Below, one piece after another: positions 33,107-44,551 of a stretch of DNA of 64,000 nt. This DNA comes from Sedimentisphaerales bacterium (GTDB taxonomy: Bacteria > Planctomycetota > Phycisphaerae > Sedimentisphaerales > SM23-30): the NCBI GenBank assembly GCA_963666285.1, contig OY762711.1. One strand, given 5' to 3'. The first letter of the stretch is position 1; the number at the start of each line of letters is the position of its first letter. Made by a program: the position numbers and the translations under genes. The notes beneath the pieces are model-generated. The model was not told where the DNA came from. It searched no databases and was given only the letters and a program-made list of their open reading frames with translations.

Positions 33107-34681
33107 CTATTTTTTCTTCTTCTTGAAATACATAGTATAATCAATACCCAGCTTTTCGATCTTGTATCTCACCATCCTGGAGGTAATACCCAGTTCACGT
33201 GAGGCAGCAGCGACATTGCCATTAGATCTTTTAAGTGCATCAATAATTAAATCTCTCTCAATCATTGACATTTTTGATTTTAGCGTTCCAGTTTCCTGGA
33301 GGGTAGGAAGTTCAGGAGTTTGCAGCGTTGGCGGAAGATTATACCCATGTATGACACCGTCATTACTTAAAAGCACAGCATGTTCTATACAGTTTTCAAG
33401 CTCACGGATATTTCCCGGCCAGTGATATGCCATCAGCATATTAATAGCCTGAGTACCAATTCGCCTAATATTTTTATTCATCTTAGCTGAATATTTTTCA
33501 ACAAAATGATTTGCCAGCAATAAAACATCATCTTTGCGTTCGCGCAACGGAGGTAAATGAATTGGAAAGACATTTATACGATAATATAAGTCCTGGCGAA
33601 ATTCGCCTTGCTGCACTGCCTTTACTAAATCTTTATTCGTTGCCGTTATAACACGAATATTAGATTTTATCACCTCATTACTTCCAACGGGCTGAAATTC
33701 ACGTTCCTGCAAAAAACGCAGCAGCTTAACCTGAATAGCCAGGCTGAAGTCACCAATTTCATCAAGAAACAAGGTACCGCCATCAGCTTCTTTTATTAAA
33801 CCAATTCTTGAATTAACTGCTCCGGTAAACGCCCCTTTCTCATGACCAAAAAGTTCGCTTTCTAACAGATTTTCACTCATTGCGGCACAATTAACCCTGA
33901 TAAAAGGTTTATGACACCTCGGTGAGCTGTAGTGTATAGCAGAAGCAACCAACTCTTTACCTGTTCCAGATTCACCTGTTATCAAAACAGTAGTATCAGA
34001 AGAGGATACCTGGTGTATCATAGTATAAGTTGCCCGCATACTTTTTGAGTTACCAATTATATTTTCCGGACGATACCTTTCTTCCAAGGCATTATGTAGT
34101 CGAGTCTTTTCCGCCTCAAATGCTTCACGCTCGAGCTTAACCATTCTACGGTTCTTAATATCATGAGCCAACATACAGGCAACAATACTCAAGACACGCT
34201 TCTTATCATTTAGATTCACCGCTTCATCATAAGCCAGATCAACAGAGAGAGTCCCTGTCACTTCCTGCCCTAATGTGATAGGAACACATATAAAGCTCAA
34301 CTCATTTCCATCACTTTCCTGCCTGCTGTGTACCCTGCCACAAAAACGAGGCTCTTTGGAAACCTGAGGTACGACTGCGGCTTCACCGGTTTCTAATACC
34401 CTGCCAGTTATACCCTCTCCCATAGAATAACGCATTTCATTCTGATTAGAACTTCGCATGTTACTGGCAGCTTCTACTACAAGCTCGGAACCATCCGGTG
34501 ACAAAATCATCACCGTGCCGCGCTTCATCTGAGCTTCTAACTCAAGAACCTCAAGTATCTCTAGCAGCATTTCACGCTGGCCCGATCTACTGGCAAGTAT
34601 TTTTGCTATTGCATACAATGCTTCCAGATCTTTTTTTCTGCCTATATTATTCATAACTTCTAAAGACATAATAGTAACCAC
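33107..34681 (-). CDS. nifA: NifA-like sigma54-dependent activator (GAF-AAA+-HTH)
   Basis: GAF ([15 protein letters not shown]), [33 protein letters not shown], Fis-type HTH; near the nif genes. Confidence 0.75.
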   Translation of the reverse strand: MVTIMSLEVMNNIGRKKDLEALYAIAKILASRSGQREMLLEILEVLELEAQMKRGTVMILSPDGSELVVEAASNMRSSNQNEMRYSMGEGITGRVLETGEAAVVPQVSKEPRFCGRVHSRQESDGNELSFICVPITLGQEVTGTLSVDLAYDEAVNLNDKKRVLSIVACMLAHDIKNRRMVKLEREAFEAEKTRLHNALEERYRPENIIGNSKSMRATYTMIHQVSSSDTTVLITGESGTGKELVASAIHYSSPRCHKPFIRVNCAAMSENLLESELFGHEKGAFTGAVNSRIGLIKEADGGTLFLDEIGDFSLAIQVKLLRFLQEREFQPVGSNEVIKSNIRVITATNKDLVKAVQQGEFRQDLYYRINVFPIHLPPLRERKDDVLLLANHFVEKYSAKMNKNIRRIGTQAINMLMAYHWPGNIRELENCIEHAVLLSNDGVIHGYNLPPTLQTPELPTLQETGTLKSKMSMIERDLIIDALKRSNGNVAAASRELGITSRMVRYKIEKLGIDYTMYFKKKKK

Positions 34682-34691
34682 GCAACTGATA

Positions 34692-34709
34692 AGTTACATT
34701 ATTGTAACT
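34692..34709. promoter_or_regulatory. Perfect palindrome just upstream of the nifA-like start
   Basis: AGTTACA-TTAT-TGTAACT; a half-site aagttacat recurs at about 34817. Confidence 0.4.
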
Positions 34710-35013
34710 GTAGCCATTAAAAAGGAAATAATATTACACCACCTCGCTTTATAGGCCGATTTTCTTTACATATTGGCAATAAACAACTTATTGCACACAC
34801 CTGAATTACCATCCTCAAGTTACATATTATTTATGACAAAAATATTGCAAACTTGTACATTTTCACAATGATACAAACAAATTCCATACCAAATATCCGG
34901 CATCAGATTCCAAAGAATTATTTGCAGACAAGATATATGCAAAATTTTCGGTTATACCCCAACAAAATAAATGGACACACCAATACAACATGTGAAAAAA
35001 TTTAAAATAGTAA

Positions 35014-35040
35014 TGGGTTACCAGCAATACTGATAACCCA
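35014..35040 (-). terminator. Hairpin downstream of the orphan MCP
   Basis: tgggttaccag-caata-ctgataaccca. Confidence 0.5.
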
Positions 35041-35084
35041 AAACGTATTTGTTATTATGATAAGAGAGAAGTTGGCTATATAAT

Positions 35085-37232
35085 TTAATTAAATTCATCA
35101 AAATCATCATTTTCAAATGGAATTGCCTCTTCTGCATTAGCAGCACTTGTTGTCGCTACATGCTTTACAGGCTCTTTCTCAATAGGAGCCGAAGGAGATG
35201 AGCCAGCTATTTCATGAAACGCCTTATCTGAACGGCTCAACTTTGGAACCGATATATCGTTATGGGGAAGCTTGGTTTTAACAGTCTTACGATTGCTTGA
35301 ATCTCCTCCAACCATTTTAGCCAGATTATGAACAATTTCATTTACTGTTTCAGCCTGAGCATTCAATTCTTCTGCAGCAGATGCTGATTCCTCTGCGGCT
35401 GTTGCATTTGATTGAGTAACACCATCCATTTGAGCAATAGCATCCCTGATCTGATTTATTGCTGCTGCCTGCTCATCATTTGAAGTTGTTATATTGCTTA
35501 CATATGTTGTTGTTTTGTCTACAGATTCAGCGATTTCATTCAAAACACTACCAACTCTAGATACAATTTCAACACCATTATTAGCATTTTTCACTGATTC
35601 TTCAATCATTTCTGTCGTACTGCGAGCAGCTTCGGCCGAACGCATCGCCAAGTTTCTCACTTCTTCTGCAACAACCGCAAAGCCTTTACCTGCTTCGCCC
35701 GCCCTTGCAGCTTCTACAGCAGCATTTAACGCAAGTAGATTTGTCTGAAACGCAATTTCATCAATTGTTTTAACAATTTTGCTTGTTTCTTCAGATGATT
35801 TCTGTATGTCATGAATTGCTGCACTCATTTGTTCCATAGCCTCAGTACCACTAATCGTTGAAGCGTTTACTTCCTGGGCATATTGATGTGCCTGTCTTGC
35901 ATTTTCAACATTTTCATTTGTCTGATCAGAAATCTGGGACATTGAGCTGGTAATCTGCTCAATTCCAGCAGCCTGTTCACAACTGCCATTTGCCAAGGCC
36001 TGTGAAGTACTTGACACCTCTGTCGAAGCTGATGCTACCTGCTCTGAACTCACAGTCATTGAGTCTATTGCTTTTTGCAGTACAACAATAATCGCCTTGC
36101 AGACTAATATTGATATAATAACAGAAAAAATAGAAATAACTATTCCTGCGATCGATGAATACTTAACATCAGATTTCATACTATCGCACATTTCTTTTGA
36201 TTTGACACTTGCTTTTTCACTTATATCATTAATATAAACTACCTGATCTCCAATACGTTTTTCAAACATCTCTGTCATTGCATTAATCGTATCACGAAAT
36301 ATGTCAAAAGCAACTAATGAATTTTTGCTAGATTCATTCCTGGCAATCTTATTATCTATGCTCCTGGAAGATAAATCCACAACGGCAATTGAATTTTTCT
36401 GCCACTGTTCATAATAACCCTTAAATTCCTTATACACCAGGTTCATATCATCGTCAAATACACCGGAAGCCTTTTCTGCCCTATCTGATACTTGCTGTAT
36501 ATTAGACATGTTATCCTTCACTATTGACAACATTTCTTCAGGAGAATTACTTTGCATTGCCTGCATTTGGGCAAGATACGCCTGATATGCATCGCGATCT
36601 GCATTTAAAAGTAATGAATAACTATTATATATATCATTCAATTTTGACTTGGTAATGTTGTTATCATCAGTAACTGTTTTCAGCTTCTCTTCCAGTAAAA
36701 GTTCAATTCGATCTATTGCATCCCTCATGAGATCAAACTGCGCAACACTATTAGACATAAGCTCTTTTCGCTGCTTGAAGTTTTCAGCCAGTTCAATTGA
36801 CATTTTTACTACTTCTCGACTGCTTTCTTTCCATACTCTAAACTGCTCTTTAAATGTTTCGTACTGAGCATTCATCTGTTTGTCGAACTGAGATGAGGAT
36901 TTGTTTACCCGATCATTAACCTGATTAATATTTTCCATATTATCAGCGTCAAGCCGAACTAACTTCTCATGATCATTGATATCCATAGCCTCAACTTGAG
37001 CCAGATACGCCTGATATGCATCACGATCTGCATTTAGAAGCAATGCAATAGCATCATTTAAAGCTGTAATTTCCGGTATATCTTTTTTTACAATAGGTAT
37101 AAATACATCATTAACGGTCTCCTCTACCTCAGCAGTCACTTGTGCCATTTGATATGAGTTAAAACCCAAAAATAGTAAAAGACCGGCAACTGGAATAAGT
37201 ACTGTTAATAATATTTTTGTCCTGATAGTCAT
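35085..37232 (-). CDS. Methyl-accepting chemotaxis protein, HAMP-less, duplicated four-helix sensor
   Basis: IDEIAFQTNLLALNAAVEAARAGEAGKG; LLLNADRDAYQAYLAQ occurs twice; C-terminal DFDEFN. Confidence 0.93.
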   Translation of the reverse strand: MTIRTKILLTVLIPVAGLLLFLGFNSYQMAQVTAEVEETVNDVFIPIVKKDIPEITALNDAIALLLNADRDAYQAYLAQVEAMDINDHEKLVRLDADNMENINQVNDRVNKSSSQFDKQMNAQYETFKEQFRVWKESSREVVKMSIELAENFKQRKELMSNSVAQFDLMRDAIDRIELLLEEKLKTVTDDNNITKSKLNDIYNSYSLLLNADRDAYQAYLAQMQAMQSNSPEEMLSIVKDNMSNIQQVSDRAEKASGVFDDDMNLVYKEFKGYYEQWQKNSIAVVDLSSRSIDNKIARNESSKNSLVAFDIFRDTINAMTEMFEKRIGDQVVYINDISEKASVKSKEMCDSMKSDVKYSSIAGIVISIFSVIISILVCKAIIVVLQKAIDSMTVSSEQVASASTEVSSTSQALANGSCEQAAGIEQITSSMSQISDQTNENVENARQAHQYAQEVNASTISGTEAMEQMSAAIHDIQKSSEETSKIVKTIDEIAFQTNLLALNAAVEAARAGEAGKGFAVVAEEVRNLAMRSAEAARSTTEMIEESVKNANNGVEIVSRVGSVLNEIAESVDKTTTYVSNITTSNDEQAAAINQIRDAIAQMDGVTQSNATAAEESASAAEELNAQAETVNEIVHNLAKMVGGDSSNRKTVKTKLPHNDISVPKLSRSDKAFHEIAGSSPSAPIEKEPVKHVATTSAANAEEAIPFENDDFDEFN

Positions 37233-37356
37233 TGTTATTCTCCATACTGATACCTGATTTTACTGAAACCATAAATATATTGGCTTCCTTCTGAATTAAA
37301 TTTCGTCCTTTATCAGACAAGTTATTACAGAATAATAAGACTATTAAAAATTCCAC

Positions 37357-37372
37357 CATAACATTTATGCCA
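37357..37372 (-). promoter_or_regulatory. Possible sigma54-like promoter of the orphan MCP
   Basis: TGGCATAAATGTTATG 125 bp upstream; same pattern as 32078-32093. Confidence 0.35.
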
Positions 37373-37651
37373 TACATAATTTATAAACTCATAAATAATA
37401 GCTAATTACAAAAACACACTGAATATCTGCAACCTCAAAACATAAAATAAAATGTAGCAGTTATATTGGTCTCCTCGCAAAATCAATGGAAATTATAGGA
37501 CCTATACACAGTAAAACACAGTCAAAATCAATACACTTATCGGACCGTATAAAGTAAGGACAATAGTAGCTTCACATTTTCACCCATAAACAGCTACACC
37601 TGAAATCAATACAGTGATACACTGTATATGTTCACATTGGAACTAGACAAT

Positions 37652-37680
37652 AAAAAAAGAGGCCCCAAAAACGAGCCTCT
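37652..37680 (-). terminator. Intrinsic terminator
   Basis: Minus strand agaggctc-gtttttg-gggcctc-ttttttt. Confidence 0.7.
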
Positions 37681-37738
37681 ATTGTTACATTATTTAACTG
37701 GAATATTCAGGAAATATATAACCGATCGTATTATTGCC

Positions 37739-38482
37739 CTATCGTCTATACTTCAAAAGCCACTCATACAGCTCCGAATTATTATATGTTTGCGTCCAGG
37801 AATCATGTCCTACCCCAGGATATACTGTAAACTTAATATCACCACCTTCTTTTTTGATAGCATCAACCATTTCCTGCGATTTGCTAATAGGAACTGTCGT
37901 ATCACTATCACCATGAAAGACCCAGATGGGCAACTTAGAAAGCACTTTTGCATCAGCAGGATTGCCGCCACCACAAATCGGAGCAATCGCGGCAAACTTT
38001 TCCGGATGTGCTGCGGCAAGTGCCCAGGTCCCAAAACCTCCCATGCTAAGCCCGGTAAGGTATACGCGATCTCGATCAACTGGATACGTTTCCATTATCT
38101 CATCCAGTAATCCATTTAAAGCTGCAACCTGAACAGGATTATTCCACCAGAAATCACCGGGACACTGAGGTGAAACAATAATAAAAGGGAAATCCCTGCT
38201 TTCTGCTAATTTTGGTAAACCATGAGCTTTCACTTTACTTAGATCATTACCTCGTTCACCTACACCATGTAAAAACATAACAAGCGGCCACTTTTTCTGG
38301 CTATCTGGAAAATCTTTAGGAATATACAGTAAATATCCGAGTTTAGCTTTCACTGCGACATCCTGCTCAAACATTTTTTCAGTTTGACCAGAAACCAAAT
38401 CGTTAGATCCACTATTTAACCTTGAACAACCTGTCAAAAATAGTATAAATACAAAAATACATAACAATACAATACTCTTCAT
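37739..38482 (-). CDS. Alpha/beta-hydrolase (esterase/peptidase) lipoprotein
   Basis: Lipobox LTGC; PLVMFLHG, GLSMGG, VFHGDSD, GHDSW; ATG 38482 has an AAGGA RBS. Confidence 0.85.
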   Translation of the reverse strand: MKSIVLLCIFVFILFLTGCSRLNSGSNDLVSGQTEKMFEQDVAVKAKLGYLLYIPKDFPDSQKKWPLVMFLHGVGERGNDLSKVKAHGLPKLAESRDFPFIIVSPQCPGDFWWNNPVQVAALNGLLDEIMETYPVDRDRVYLTGLSMGGFGTWALAAAHPEKFAAIAPICGGGNPADAKVLSKLPIWVFHGDSDTTVPISKSQEMVDAIKKEGGDIKFTVYPGVGHDSWTQTYNNSELYEWLLKYRR

Positions 38483-38839
38483 AGCAATAATTCCTTTAAA
38501 ATAGAACAAATATTACTTAAAACAACATCATTATTATCTGCATTTTTGTAAATAAATCCATAGTAAATTAGCAATATATACCTTAACCACAAACTGTCTC
38601 TTATTGCATTTCCCGTGCTTTTCTATCAGAATTAGCAATTCTACTATGATTCCGGAATCTAATATCTTTTTTTGCCAAAGACAAAAAACACTCAAATTAG
38701 GTTAAGGAGAATAATCATCTACCATTAAACTAACTGCTCAAAACAAACAGGTACTACCACTGCATAAAAATAAAACGCAAAATAAATCGAACGCCTAATT
38801 TTTATTACCCTACAGGCCAAACACCAGATACTATGACTC

Positions 38840-38886
38840 TGTTGCTGGTACTTTGCTCCCACTAACAGGAGCAAAGAACCGCAACA
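38840..38886. terminator. Long hairpin downstream of nifV
   Basis: tgttgc..ctttgctcc-N-ggagcaaag..gcaaca. Confidence 0.5.
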
Positions 38887-38958
38887 AAAAACCAGCAGTA
38901 CTATAATAGAATAAGTCCTTAATTAGTAAAATAATCCTTCAATATCATTACACCTCAG

Positions 38959-40098
38959 CTAGTTTGTCTCGGCATATAAACTTAATAAATCAGTTATTGA
39001 TATCGCACTTTTTTTGCTACTGGCAAGCATTTTAACCTTTTCCAGCAAACGACTTGCCTGTTCGCTGCCAACGTTGATCCCCATCAATGCCAGTGTATAT
39101 ATCACATTACTTTTGCCTGAATTTTTTCCCAGAACATACTGTTCTCTTGCTCGACCAATAAGTTCTGGTTCAAAAGGTTCATATGATTTACTATCTTTTA
39201 TCATGGAATTCACATGTATGCCGGATTCATGAGTAAATACCTGAGAACCAACAATCGGCTGCGATGGCGGAATATCATGCCCGCAGGCCTGTGACACAAT
39301 CTGTGAGATGCCATACAATTTCTCAGCATCAATTCCACAATCTACCCCCAAAGAAATCTTACATGCCATCACCAGCTGTTCCAAAGCAGCATTACCAGCT
39401 CGTTCACCGAGTCCATTTACCGTAACATCTACATATCCGGCACCTGCCTGAATTGCAGCAAGAGAATTTGCGGTAGCCATACCAAGATCGTTATGCCCAT
39501 GAAATCCGATGTCTATACCAGATGCAATATGCCTGATACGACTTATATTCAAATATGTTTCTAATGGATTCCAGATCCCAACAGTATCAGCAAGTCTTAC
39601 ACGATCAATTCTATTAGCCTTTGCCAACAAGATAAATTCATCCAGAAAATCACTTTCTGCCCTTGATGCATCCTGGGCACCTATCGACACAAAATCAAAC
39701 ATGCCAGATGCTTTATTTGCAATAACGTTTAGTCGGTTCAATACCCATTTATGATTTTTGCCCAAAGCCTTAATTTGAACATCTGATACAGGTAATGAAA
39801 AATGGACAGACTTTAATCCGCATAAAGCCGCTTCATCCAGATCCCCCTCTATTGCACGACACCATCCGGTTATTCTGGCAGGTAAGCCAAGTTCAACAAT
39901 TGCCTTAACATTTTCCGCTTCAGTTGCCCCAGCTGACGGGATCCCTGCTTCAAGCTCTTTGACTCCGGCATCCGCCAAAACTGACGCTATCTCCAGTTTC
40001 TCCTCCTGAGAGAAAACAACTCCGGGACACTGCTCTCCATCTCGCAAAGTAGTATCAATCAATGTGACAGGATGGTAAATTGTCTTTGGTAATAGCAT
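38959..40098 (-). CDS. nifV: Homocitrate synthase NifV
   Basis: [42 protein letters not shown]; in the nifB unit. Confidence 0.9.
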   Translation of the reverse strand: MLLPKTIYHPVTLIDTTLRDGEQCPGVVFSQEEKLEIASVLADAGVKELEAGIPSAGATEAENVKAIVELGLPARITGWCRAIEGDLDEAALCGLKSVHFSLPVSDVQIKALGKNHKWVLNRLNVIANKASGMFDFVSIGAQDASRAESDFLDEFILLAKANRIDRVRLADTVGIWNPLETYLNISRIRHIASGIDIGFHGHNDLGMATANSLAAIQAGAGYVDVTVNGLGERAGNAALEQLVMACKISLGVDCGIDAEKLYGISQIVSQACGHDIPPSQPIVGSQVFTHESGIHVNSMIKDSKSYEPFEPELIGRAREQYVLGKNSGKSNVIYTLALMGINVGSEQASRLLEKVKMLASSKKSAISITDLLSLYAETN

Positions 40099-40110
40099 TT
40101 AACCGTACCT

Positions 40111-40662
40111 CTACGGGAATCTCTTGAAAGCTTTCATATTCATCTCCTGCCAGTCATGCTTGAGATAAAACTGTAAAGCCGGATTATTGTCTCTATCTGC
40201 CAATAACTGTAACCGGGCAATCCCGTTCTCCCTGGCCCAATTATCAACAGCTTCCATTATTTTACTGCCAACTCCAAAACCTCTACAACTTTCTCGCACT
40301 ACCACATCTTCCACCCAAGCCGATTTTGCTCCTTCAGCAGTCGATATTATCACCTGGGACAGGCACATTCCTAATATCTCACCGTCTACTTCAGCAACAA
40401 ATATTTGTCCATTTGAAGAAGACATTATACCCATAAGGCCAAAAGTTTGTTTCTCTATTTCAAATTTAAAATCTTCTTCTATCGAATACAATTGTTCCAG
40501 CAAAACCAGCAACACCGGGAGGTCTGTCGGTGTTGCCGGCCTTACATTAACATTGTTATAATTTAATTCATTAGTCAATTCAGCCAACCCTCTTAACAAG
40601 ATGATTACCCATTGCTGCACCATAAGAAACAGAAATAGGTTTAAATATTTAAATTTCAACAC
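40111..40662 (-). CDS. GNAT family acetyltransferase (true start probably near 40578)
   Basis: VEDVVVRESCRGFGVGS acetyl-CoA motif, QLLADRDNNPALQFY. Confidence 0.85.
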   Translation of the reverse strand: MLKFKYLNLFLFLMVQQWVIILLRGLAELTNELNYNNVNVRPATPTDLPVLLVLLEQLYSIEEDFKFEIEKQTFGLMGIMSSSNGQIFVAEVDGEILGMCLSQVIISTAEGAKSAWVEDVVVRESCRGFGVGSKIMEAVDNWARENGIARLQLLADRDNNPALQFYLKHDWQEMNMKAFKRFP

Positions 40663-40695
40663 ACTAATCTGTCTTGTTAAATTAAACTTAATCGG

Positions 40696-40995
40696 CTAAA
40701 TCAAATACTCTTCTACGCAATTACCTTCTTCTATTGCATCCAGAATTTCTTCTATCTTGTCTTCATCCATTTCAGAATACCACCATCCTTGAGGGTACAC
40801 TACCACTACCGGCCCCTTCTCACACACTTTCAAACATCCGGTACTACTAACCATTCCATCAATTCCACGCTCAAGTATCCCTTCTTCCAGTGCCTGCAAT
40901 AGCGATGGTGCGTCTTTTTTATTGCACACTCCCTGCGGCTCACCTGTTAATCTGAAACTATTACAAACAAAAAAATGATACTCCGGCTTATTCAT
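40696..40995 (-). CDS. Thioredoxin-like [2Fe-2S] ferredoxin (nif-associated)
   Basis: FVC...GVC...TGCLKVCEKGPVVVVYP; ATG 40995 has a GAAAGG RBS. Confidence 0.9.
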   Translation of the reverse strand: MNKPEYHFFVCNSFRLTGEPQGVCNKKDAPSLLQALEEGILERGIDGMVSSTGCLKVCEKGPVVVVYPQGWWYSEMDEDKIEEILDAIEEGNCVEEYLI

Positions 40996-41086
40996 TATTT
41001 TACCTTTCAAACTTATAACATAAATTATTTACTATAAAACACTAGCTATTTAACCAGTTTTTCTTTCAAGCAAGCACTATCGACTA

Positions 41087-42361
41087 TTACCCACAACCCA
41101 TTCCATCGCCACTGCAGCCACTAGAACACTTAAATTTAGCGGCACAGTTTCTTAGTTTTCCGCCACTGTACAAAGTCTGCAGATTTTCTTCGATCAGTCC
41201 CTCTACCATATGAGGCATAATACCACAATCTATCAAAGCCTTTTGCGGGCTCTTACCAAATCCACTTGCCAAAACCGCTCGACAATCACTTAAGATTTCA
41301 CCCAGTTTCTTCCATCGCAGATCTCCTCCGCCAGGTGCAGGCGTCTCGCGAACACCTATTAATTCAAAACTGCCCTGGTCATTTGGACCATAAACCCTCA
41401 CGGATGCAGCTTCTCCCAAGTGCTGATTCACAAGCAATCCCTCCATAGTAGCAACAGCGACATAGGGCCTGACTTCAGCTTCTTCGGGATCAAGCGAAAC
41501 TGTCGATCTGGTCATAGCTGCCATCAGCTCATCAGAAATATCTTCTTCTATTAAACCTGCTGCATCAGCACGACATCTTTTACAATGCAGCATTTGAGGT
41601 ATTATCTCACCCACCATTGATTGAATTTCATTCATCTGTTCTTTACTCGGATGCGGCAGCGTTCCAAACACCGTCCCGGGTACAGGATATAGCGGCATAC
41701 AATTCTGAATATCAGCTCCAAGCTCTTTAACCGTTCTGGCAATTTCTTCAATATGGTCATCATTTACTCCAGGGATTACTATTGTATTTACCTTTACTAT
41801 TATTCCTTTGTCATGCAATGCCTTAACAGCATACAATTGATTTTCCAAAATCTTTTCAGCACCCAACTTGCCCCGATATGGCCTTTTACTCTCTCTTACC
41901 CAAGCGTATACTTCTTTACCGATTTCAGGATCAACAGCATTGATCGTAATTGTCACATGCGTAACATTATACTCTGCTAATTGTTCTATATAAGGAATGA
42001 TACCCAGGCCATTAGTCGCTATACAAAACAACATATCAGGGTATTTCTCACGCACAAGACGTAAAGTTTCCATTGTCTCTTCGGGATTAGCAAAAGGGTC
42101 GCCCGGACCGGCTATTCCAACCACACCAATGCGCGGATCAATCTCCAGAGCGTCATTCAAATAATTCAACGCCTGTTTAGGACTCAAAACATTACTTGTA
42201 ACACCTGGCCTGCTCTCATTCACGCAATCATACTTACGACTGCAAAAATTACACATTACATTACATTTCGGTGCTACCGGTAAATGTATCCGTCCGGTAT
42301 CCTTACATACGCTCTTGTTGAAACACGGGTGGTTGTTAATATCAAGTGCCATTTCATTCAC
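41087..42361 (-). CDS. nifB: FeMo-cofactor biosynthesis radical SAM protein NifB (with NifX-like domain)
   Basis: HPCF, CNVMCNFC, NESRPG, AGPGD, CKRCRADA, VNQHLGEA. Confidence 0.97.
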   Translation of the reverse strand: MNEMALDINNHPCFNKSVCKDTGRIHLPVAPKCNVMCNFCSRKYDCVNESRPGVTSNVLSPKQALNYLNDALEIDPRIGVVGIAGPGDPFANPEETMETLRLVREKYPDMLFCIATNGLGIIPYIEQLAEYNVTHVTITINAVDPEIGKEVYAWVRESKRPYRGKLGAEKILENQLYAVKALHDKGIIVKVNTIVIPGVNDDHIEEIARTVKELGADIQNCMPLYPVPGTVFGTLPHPSKEQMNEIQSMVGEIIPQMLHCKRCRADAAGLIEEDISDELMAAMTRSTVSLDPEEAEVRPYVAVATMEGLLVNQHLGEAASVRVYGPNDQGSFELIGVRETPAPGGGDLRWKKLGEILSDCRAVLASGFGKSPQKALIDCGIMPHMVEGLIEENLQTLYSGGKLRNCAAKFKCSSGCSGDGMGCG

Positions 42362-42430
42362 TTCCTTTGTAACTCTAATCTATCTATCTTTCTATCTCTC
42401 ATACATGCCCTATCAGGCACAAATACAATT

Positions 42431-42446
42431 AACAATCTGCGTGCCA
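42431..42446 (-). promoter_or_regulatory. Sigma54 -24/-12 promoter of the nifB unit
   Basis: TGGCACGCAGATTGTT (GG-N10-GT). Confidence 0.7.
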
Positions 42447-42575
42447 AAATAATGAAAATAGCTAATAATATATGCACATTCCAATAATTCGCCAATATAT
42501 CGAAGAAAACCAATATAACATTCCTTAATTATCAATATATTTCACAACTTCTAAACCAGGCAATACTAATATATT

Positions 42576-42593
42576 TAGGAAATAATCTTCACA
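42576..42593. promoter_or_regulatory. Candidate upstream activator site (nifB)
   Basis: TAGGAAATAATCTTCACA, close match to 60237-60254 upstream of nifH. Confidence 0.5.
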
Positions 42594-43006
42594 TAAATGT
42601 TGTCTGACAAAAATACTTCCAGAATAACCTTTACATAACTTATTTAGCTGAAACACCTTAGCTTTTAGATGAAATTAATTTCACTCGAACTCATACATTA
42701 ATACTCACATTGTACATTTCGGTCACAAAACCACTATCACTTCCCACGAACCAAAACATATTATCCAATAAAATAATTTACCTGGCTTTCATATTTAGTA
42801 AACAGGAAGCGTTTCTGGCTTATAAGGAGGAATGATTATTCAGGGCAAATTTCATATAATACAATTAGAAAGAAACAAACCTGGCTGTCTCGAAGGATAA
42901 AATACGAATAGTGAAATTGATTTGAATTTGTTCGAAAAATATGGATGATATATTATCCTAAGCCAACAATAAATAATATAAGTATTGGTTATAAAAGGAA
43001 TAATAT

Positions 43007-44536
43007 ATGAAGCACATATCTAGACGATCTATTCTCAAAACTGCGGCTGGTGCGGCAGCAGCTCTTTCGGCTTCTCCCCAAATAGCTACCAGCCTGGCAA
43101 AAATAACAGATGAAACTCCTGGCTGTTTTTTCGAAAAAGAATTTGGCATTTCTGATCAATTATGCCGGAAAGTACTTTCGGCCGCGTTGGCCAAAGGCGG
43201 AGATTATGCGGATATATTCTTTGAACATACAGTAAACAATTACCTGGTACTTGAAGATGGTAAGGTAAACAGATCCTCATGTGAGATATCTCTTGGCGTT
43301 GGAATAAGAACCATCTGTGGCGACCAGGTTGGCTACGGTTTCACACAGGAACTGAGCGAAAAGTCAATGTTGTCAGCAGCAACTACAGCCGCGTCAATCG
43401 CAGATTCCAGCCCAAATAAACCAGCTGGGAAATTTATCTCCATGGAAATAAGTGATTTTTATCCATTAAAAACACTCATGACAAATGTACCGCTTGAAGA
43501 TAAACTAAAAATTGTCCAGGAACTAAATACACAAATATTTCAAAGGTCTCCCCTCATTACAAAAGCCCAAATATCACTCAGCGAAAATCATAAACAGATT
43601 TTAATTATCAACAGCCTTGGGACAAAAACTTCTGACCAGCAGCCGCTTTCGCATTTATCTGCTTCAATTGTTGCTGAAAAAGATGGTAAACAGGAACAAG
43701 AACGCTATTACCTGGGCGGTAGATGCGGTTTTGAATATTACAACCAGGAAACTATCAATACTATTGCCGATGAAGCCGTAAAAAGAGTATTAACCCTGTT
43801 TGATGCTACCATTCCTCCTGCAGGTGAAATCCCGGTTGTTGTTGGTCCAGACTCCGGCGTACTTTTGCACGAAGCTATTGGCCACGGCATGGAAGCTGAC
43901 TTTAACCGTAAAGGAACTTCAACCTACGCAACCATGCTGAACCAGAAGGTCGCCCAGTCAGATGTTACCATCGTTGACGATGGGACAAACCTTAATCTCG
44001 CAGGATCAATAAATGTTGATGATGAAGGCACACCCGGACAATGTACGGTATTGGTAGAAAAAGGTATACTACGAGGATATCTGCATGACAGGATTTCAGC
44101 AAAGCATTATGGTGTATCACCAACCGGAAATGGTAGAAGAGAAAGCTTCGAGCATTATGTTGTACCGAGGATGAGAAATACTTATATGATGAGCGGCAGC
44201 GACAACGAAGAAGATATAATAAGAAGTGTAAAAAATGGAATTTATGTCAAATCTGTTAGCAATGGCCAGGTTAAAATAGGTGAAGGAGATTTTGCATTTT
44301 ATGTCTCCCAGGGTAATTTGATTGAAGATGGCAAACTTACAGCTCCAATTAAAGATGTAAACATCATGGGCAACGGTCCAAAAATGCTTAGAAATATTAC
44401 CAGGGTTGCAGATAACCTGGCTTTCTCACGCAGTGCTATCGGCAGATGCGGTAAAGACGGGCAAAGTGTTCCGGTTGGTTTTGGAATGCCTACCGTACTG
44501 GTAAAATCACTTACTGTCGGCGGCAGAAAATCATAG
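43007..44536 (+). CDS. tldD: TldD metalloprotease with twin-arginine signal peptide
   Basis: SRRSILK Tat motif; LLHEAIGHGME, PRMRNT, CGKDGQ. Confidence 0.92.
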   Translation: MKHISRRSILKTAAGAAAALSASPQIATSLAKITDETPGCFFEKEFGISDQLCRKVLSAALAKGGDYADIFFEHTVNNYLVLEDGKVNRSSCEISLGVGIRTICGDQVGYGFTQELSEKSMLSAATTAASIADSSPNKPAGKFISMEISDFYPLKTLMTNVPLEDKLKIVQELNTQIFQRSPLITKAQISLSENHKQILIINSLGTKTSDQQPLSHLSASIVAEKDGKQEQERYYLGGRCGFEYYNQETINTIADEAVKRVLTLFDATIPPAGEIPVVVGPDSGVLLHEAIGHGMEADFNRKGTSTYATMLNQKVAQSDVTIVDDGTNLNLAGSINVDDEGTPGQCTVLVEKGILRGYLHDRISAKHYGVSPTGNGRRESFEHYVVPRMRNTYMMSGSDNEEDIIRSVKNGIYVKSVSNGQVKIGEGDFAFYVSQGNLIEDGKLTAPIKDVNIMGNGPKMLRNITRVADNLAFSRSAIGRCGKDGQSVPVGFGMPTVLVKSLTVGGRKS

Positions 44537-44551
44537 AAGGGAGAATTACTC

